Positions 61,601 to 64,000 of a stretch of 64,000 bases of DNA are shown piece after piece (the first letter of the stretch is position 1; every line of letters starts with the position of its first letter). Below the pieces are notes generated by a model. It was not told the origin of the DNA and did not search any database. It worked only from the letters and a program-made list of their open reading frames with translations. The DNA comes from Candidatus Marinacidobacterales bacterium (lineage in GTDB: Bacteria > Acidobacteriota > Vicinamibacteria > Marinacidobacterales > SMYC01): assembly GCA_965237955.1 (NCBI GenBank), contig OZ250169.1, positions 3,072,001 through 3,136,000 on the forward strand. The letters run 5' to 3'. Position numbers and translations under genes: made by a program.

Positions 61601-61966
61601 GGCAAGCCGTAACCCTAAAGCGTACCTTGGTAGAGCGCCAGGGGTTGGCCTCGGAAGGTGTGACAAACGTTTCAAGGTTTCATCGCGAACTGAAGGCCGC
61701 CTTGCAACAATAACTCGATTTCGCCGTCAGGTCTTGATAACGCAGCTTGCGGTTGAAGGATTCCACATACCTGTTCTCCCACGGACTGCCGGGCTCGATG
61801 AACAACGTCTCAACGTCCAGGGTCTCAAGATTGGGTTGCCCGAGATTCGAGCTGCCCACGATCGTGTTCACCTGGACAAACATCAAGGCTACAGTAAAGT
61901 GACCGCCGAAGCGTCGACTACGCCGACCAGTAGTTTTCCGCTCAATCTTAATCTCAATCAGACCCT

Positions 61967-62920
61967 CTAGAAAAGGTACTTTAAGTTCAGGCCGACGCCG
62001 AACATTTGGATGTCGCCGACCTCAAGGCCGCCCGACACAGGCTCGCTGCCATCCCTGCGAAGATTGGGCGGGTGGCTGCGCAGTGGATCCCAGACAATAC
62101 TGTCGTCGTTTCGAAAAGAATGAAAGTTAACCCAGCGTCCCTTAACCCCGAGCAGTAATGCCTCCGTGAGCGCGTAGTCCACACCAAATAATACCTGGTA
62201 GCCGAACAGCGTATCGCTGAGCACGGTCTGTGCGCTGCTAGTCGATCCGGCAAGGGTCTGACGGATCTGCTCCACATTGTCTAGCCCCTCCCCGGTCGTG
62301 ATCGCATTCGCATCAAGGTTCCTCTGCCACAGGGAACCATAATCCATATTGGTAAACCCGGTGCCCACACCAACCCCGACATACGGCGTAAGCCGGCTAG
62401 CGTTCTTAAAATCGAAATACAGGTTGGCAAACAAGTTGTGCGAGGTAAGGCTGCCGATGCGGTCTGTGGCTACCTGGAGTTCCTGGGCGAGCTTGTCACC
62501 GGAGGCTCCAGTGGCCCCGGGAATATCGGAAGTTTGGTCATGGCCGGTGTCACGGTAGAAGTATTCCAGTTCAAAACGGAAGGAGTTATCCGCGAAGCGA
62601 TAGCCGAGCGCCATACCGAACAGAGGGCCCTTGGCGGAATCGAATGCGTTTTGCCAATCGTCACCCTGACCGCGATTTGCGCCGGTGCAGTTGTAGTTCT
62701 CGTACCCCAGAGTGCCCATGACTGTATCGAACGCAGGGTTGATGTATTCGTCACACACACTCGCCCGGTCGTTGCTGAATCCGACCATATCCAACGACGA
62801 GCCGAAATTCGCTCCCCACTCGCTGCCGAAATAGAACCCCGATTGGGCGTGCGCCGGGGTGCCTATCCAGAATGTAATGAAGATAACTATCAAAATTACG
62901 GACTGGAAAAACTTGTTCAT
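61967..62920 (-). CDS. Outer-membrane beta-barrel protein, copy 2
   Basis: Three amino-acid differences from 15861-16814. Confidence 0.85.
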   Translation of the reverse strand: MNKFFQSVILIVIFITFWIGTPAHAQSGFYFGSEWGANFGSSLDMVGFSNDRASVCDEYINPAFDTVMGTLGYENYNCTGANRGQGDDWQNAFDSAKGPLFGMALGYRFADNSFRFELEYFYRDTGHDQTSDIPGATGASGDKLAQELQVATDRIGSLTSHNLFANLYFDFKNASRLTPYVGVGVGTGFTNMDYGSLWQRNLDANAITTGEGLDNVEQIRQTLAGSTSSAQTVLSDTLFGYQVLFGVDYALTEALLLGVKGRWVNFHSFRNDDSIVWDPLRSHPPNLRRDGSEPVSGGLEVGDIQMFGVGLNLKYLF

Positions 62921-63535
62921 GAAGTCCCTCTCACTTTTGTCGAAATACTCATGCGTACATTGTACCGCGCCCGGTGATCCGCTCCGGGTTTTCCGGAGGC
63001 TCTATTTCTTGAGAGGATGGGAGTCATTATGGGAAGATCAACGCGATATTCTTCAGAAGTTCGTGAGCGTGCCGTCGGGATGGTGTTGGAGCATCGGGAC
63101 GAGTACGAATCGCAATGGGCGTCGCTGACGTCGATTGCCTCGAAGACCGGGTATGCAAGCGGCTTATTCTCAGCTTGTCTGCCAGGGCTGCCTTCGTCAA
63201 TCCCTCCTGCAAATGCTCTCGCAGCAACACTCGTTTCTCCCTTCCGTACATGGGTCGCCTCCGCTCTTGAGGGACTACTTTGTCTGAAGGGCCGCGGTCC
63301 TCGTGAGATCAAAATACTCATGCGCCTTCTGTCCAAAAACACAAACGAACTCAAGACTGGCGCGCCGGGACGTTTCGGATCAGAGACGTCTGAGGCTTGG
63401 TTGGCCAATGGAAGCTAGAATCCTCGGTCATGAGGAGGCAGAGCCAGCCCTGAACCTTGTTGGTCGTCGCCATCGCTGGCTGGCTCCAGCGTGACCAACA
63501 GGCCGCTATCGTTTGTGTTTTTGGACACGACGGCG

Positions 63536-63793
63536 TCAGCACGCGGGCGTCGACACCGAAACGCCGGTAGTTGTGATAGGTGGCCGTGCATCAGTGATGG
63601 CGGTCTGGACCGCCCCGCCGGCCGCCGTGCTCCGCACCTCCACGGTCACGCCGGGCAGCACAGCATCCGTGGCGTCTCTGACCGTGCCGCTAATGGTCCC
63701 GTCCTCCTGGGCGCTGACGCTCGGAGCGAGCGCCAGCGCGGCGAGGACCGCCGAGGTGATCATGACGATTGACTGTCGGCGAGACTGGGGCAT
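63536..63793 (-). pseudogene. TonB-dependent receptor / carboxypeptidase-regulatory-like domain, N-terminal remnant
   Basis: Signal peptide, AQEDGTISGTVRDATDAVLPGVTVEV...TAITD; truncated near the MITE at 63532. Confidence 0.7.
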
Positions 63794-64000
63794 CTTCTTT
63801 CCCTTTCAGCGACTCGGGCGTGGAGGCAGACTCCTTCACAGGATTTGCCTGTCGGTCAGCTGTAAGTCACTCAAAACACGTGATTCTACTACGAATACGT
63901 GTGATATTCACGTATTCTTTAATCGATGGTCTCGGGATGGAGCAGGTCCTTACCGCACCGCACTCCCCGTGGCAGAATCCATTTGTCGAAAGGATGCTCG

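Overview
GC-rich bacterial accessory region, densely packed with mobile elements and defence genes. The TonB/carboxypeptidase-domain and DUF2911 cargo fragments weakly suggest an Acidobacteria-like host. Most of the window is nested, truncated IS and MITE material (IS1, IS3, IS5/IS903, IS21, IS110/IS1111, IS200, IS256, ISL3, ISKra4 and an unclassified rve-integrase IS). Intact cargo: a NurA-HerA-SbcD(Mre11)-SbcC(Rad50) operon, a PaeR7I/XhoI-type RM pair, an AAA-ATPase + S8 protease (IetAS-like) pair, a RES protein, an SNF transporter, RidA, a cupin and a duplicated outer-membrane beta-barrel. There is also an orphan hsdR and four copies of a DUF2924 + large serine recombinase module. Two signals stand out. 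(1) An IS1111-type element whose 3' non-coding region carries four readable bridge/seekRNA guide segments matching its own target and circle junction; the target is the terminal inverted repeat of an IS1-family element. (2) A 54-bp end of an rve-integrase IS occurs 19 times, 17 in one orientation, with a one-sided GGGW flank bias and no visible TSD; this end and a sister end mark the exact boundaries of duplicated cargo, suggesting one-ended mobilisation. No rRNA, tRNA or CRISPR array was recognised. All family calls come from motif recognition by eye, not database searches.
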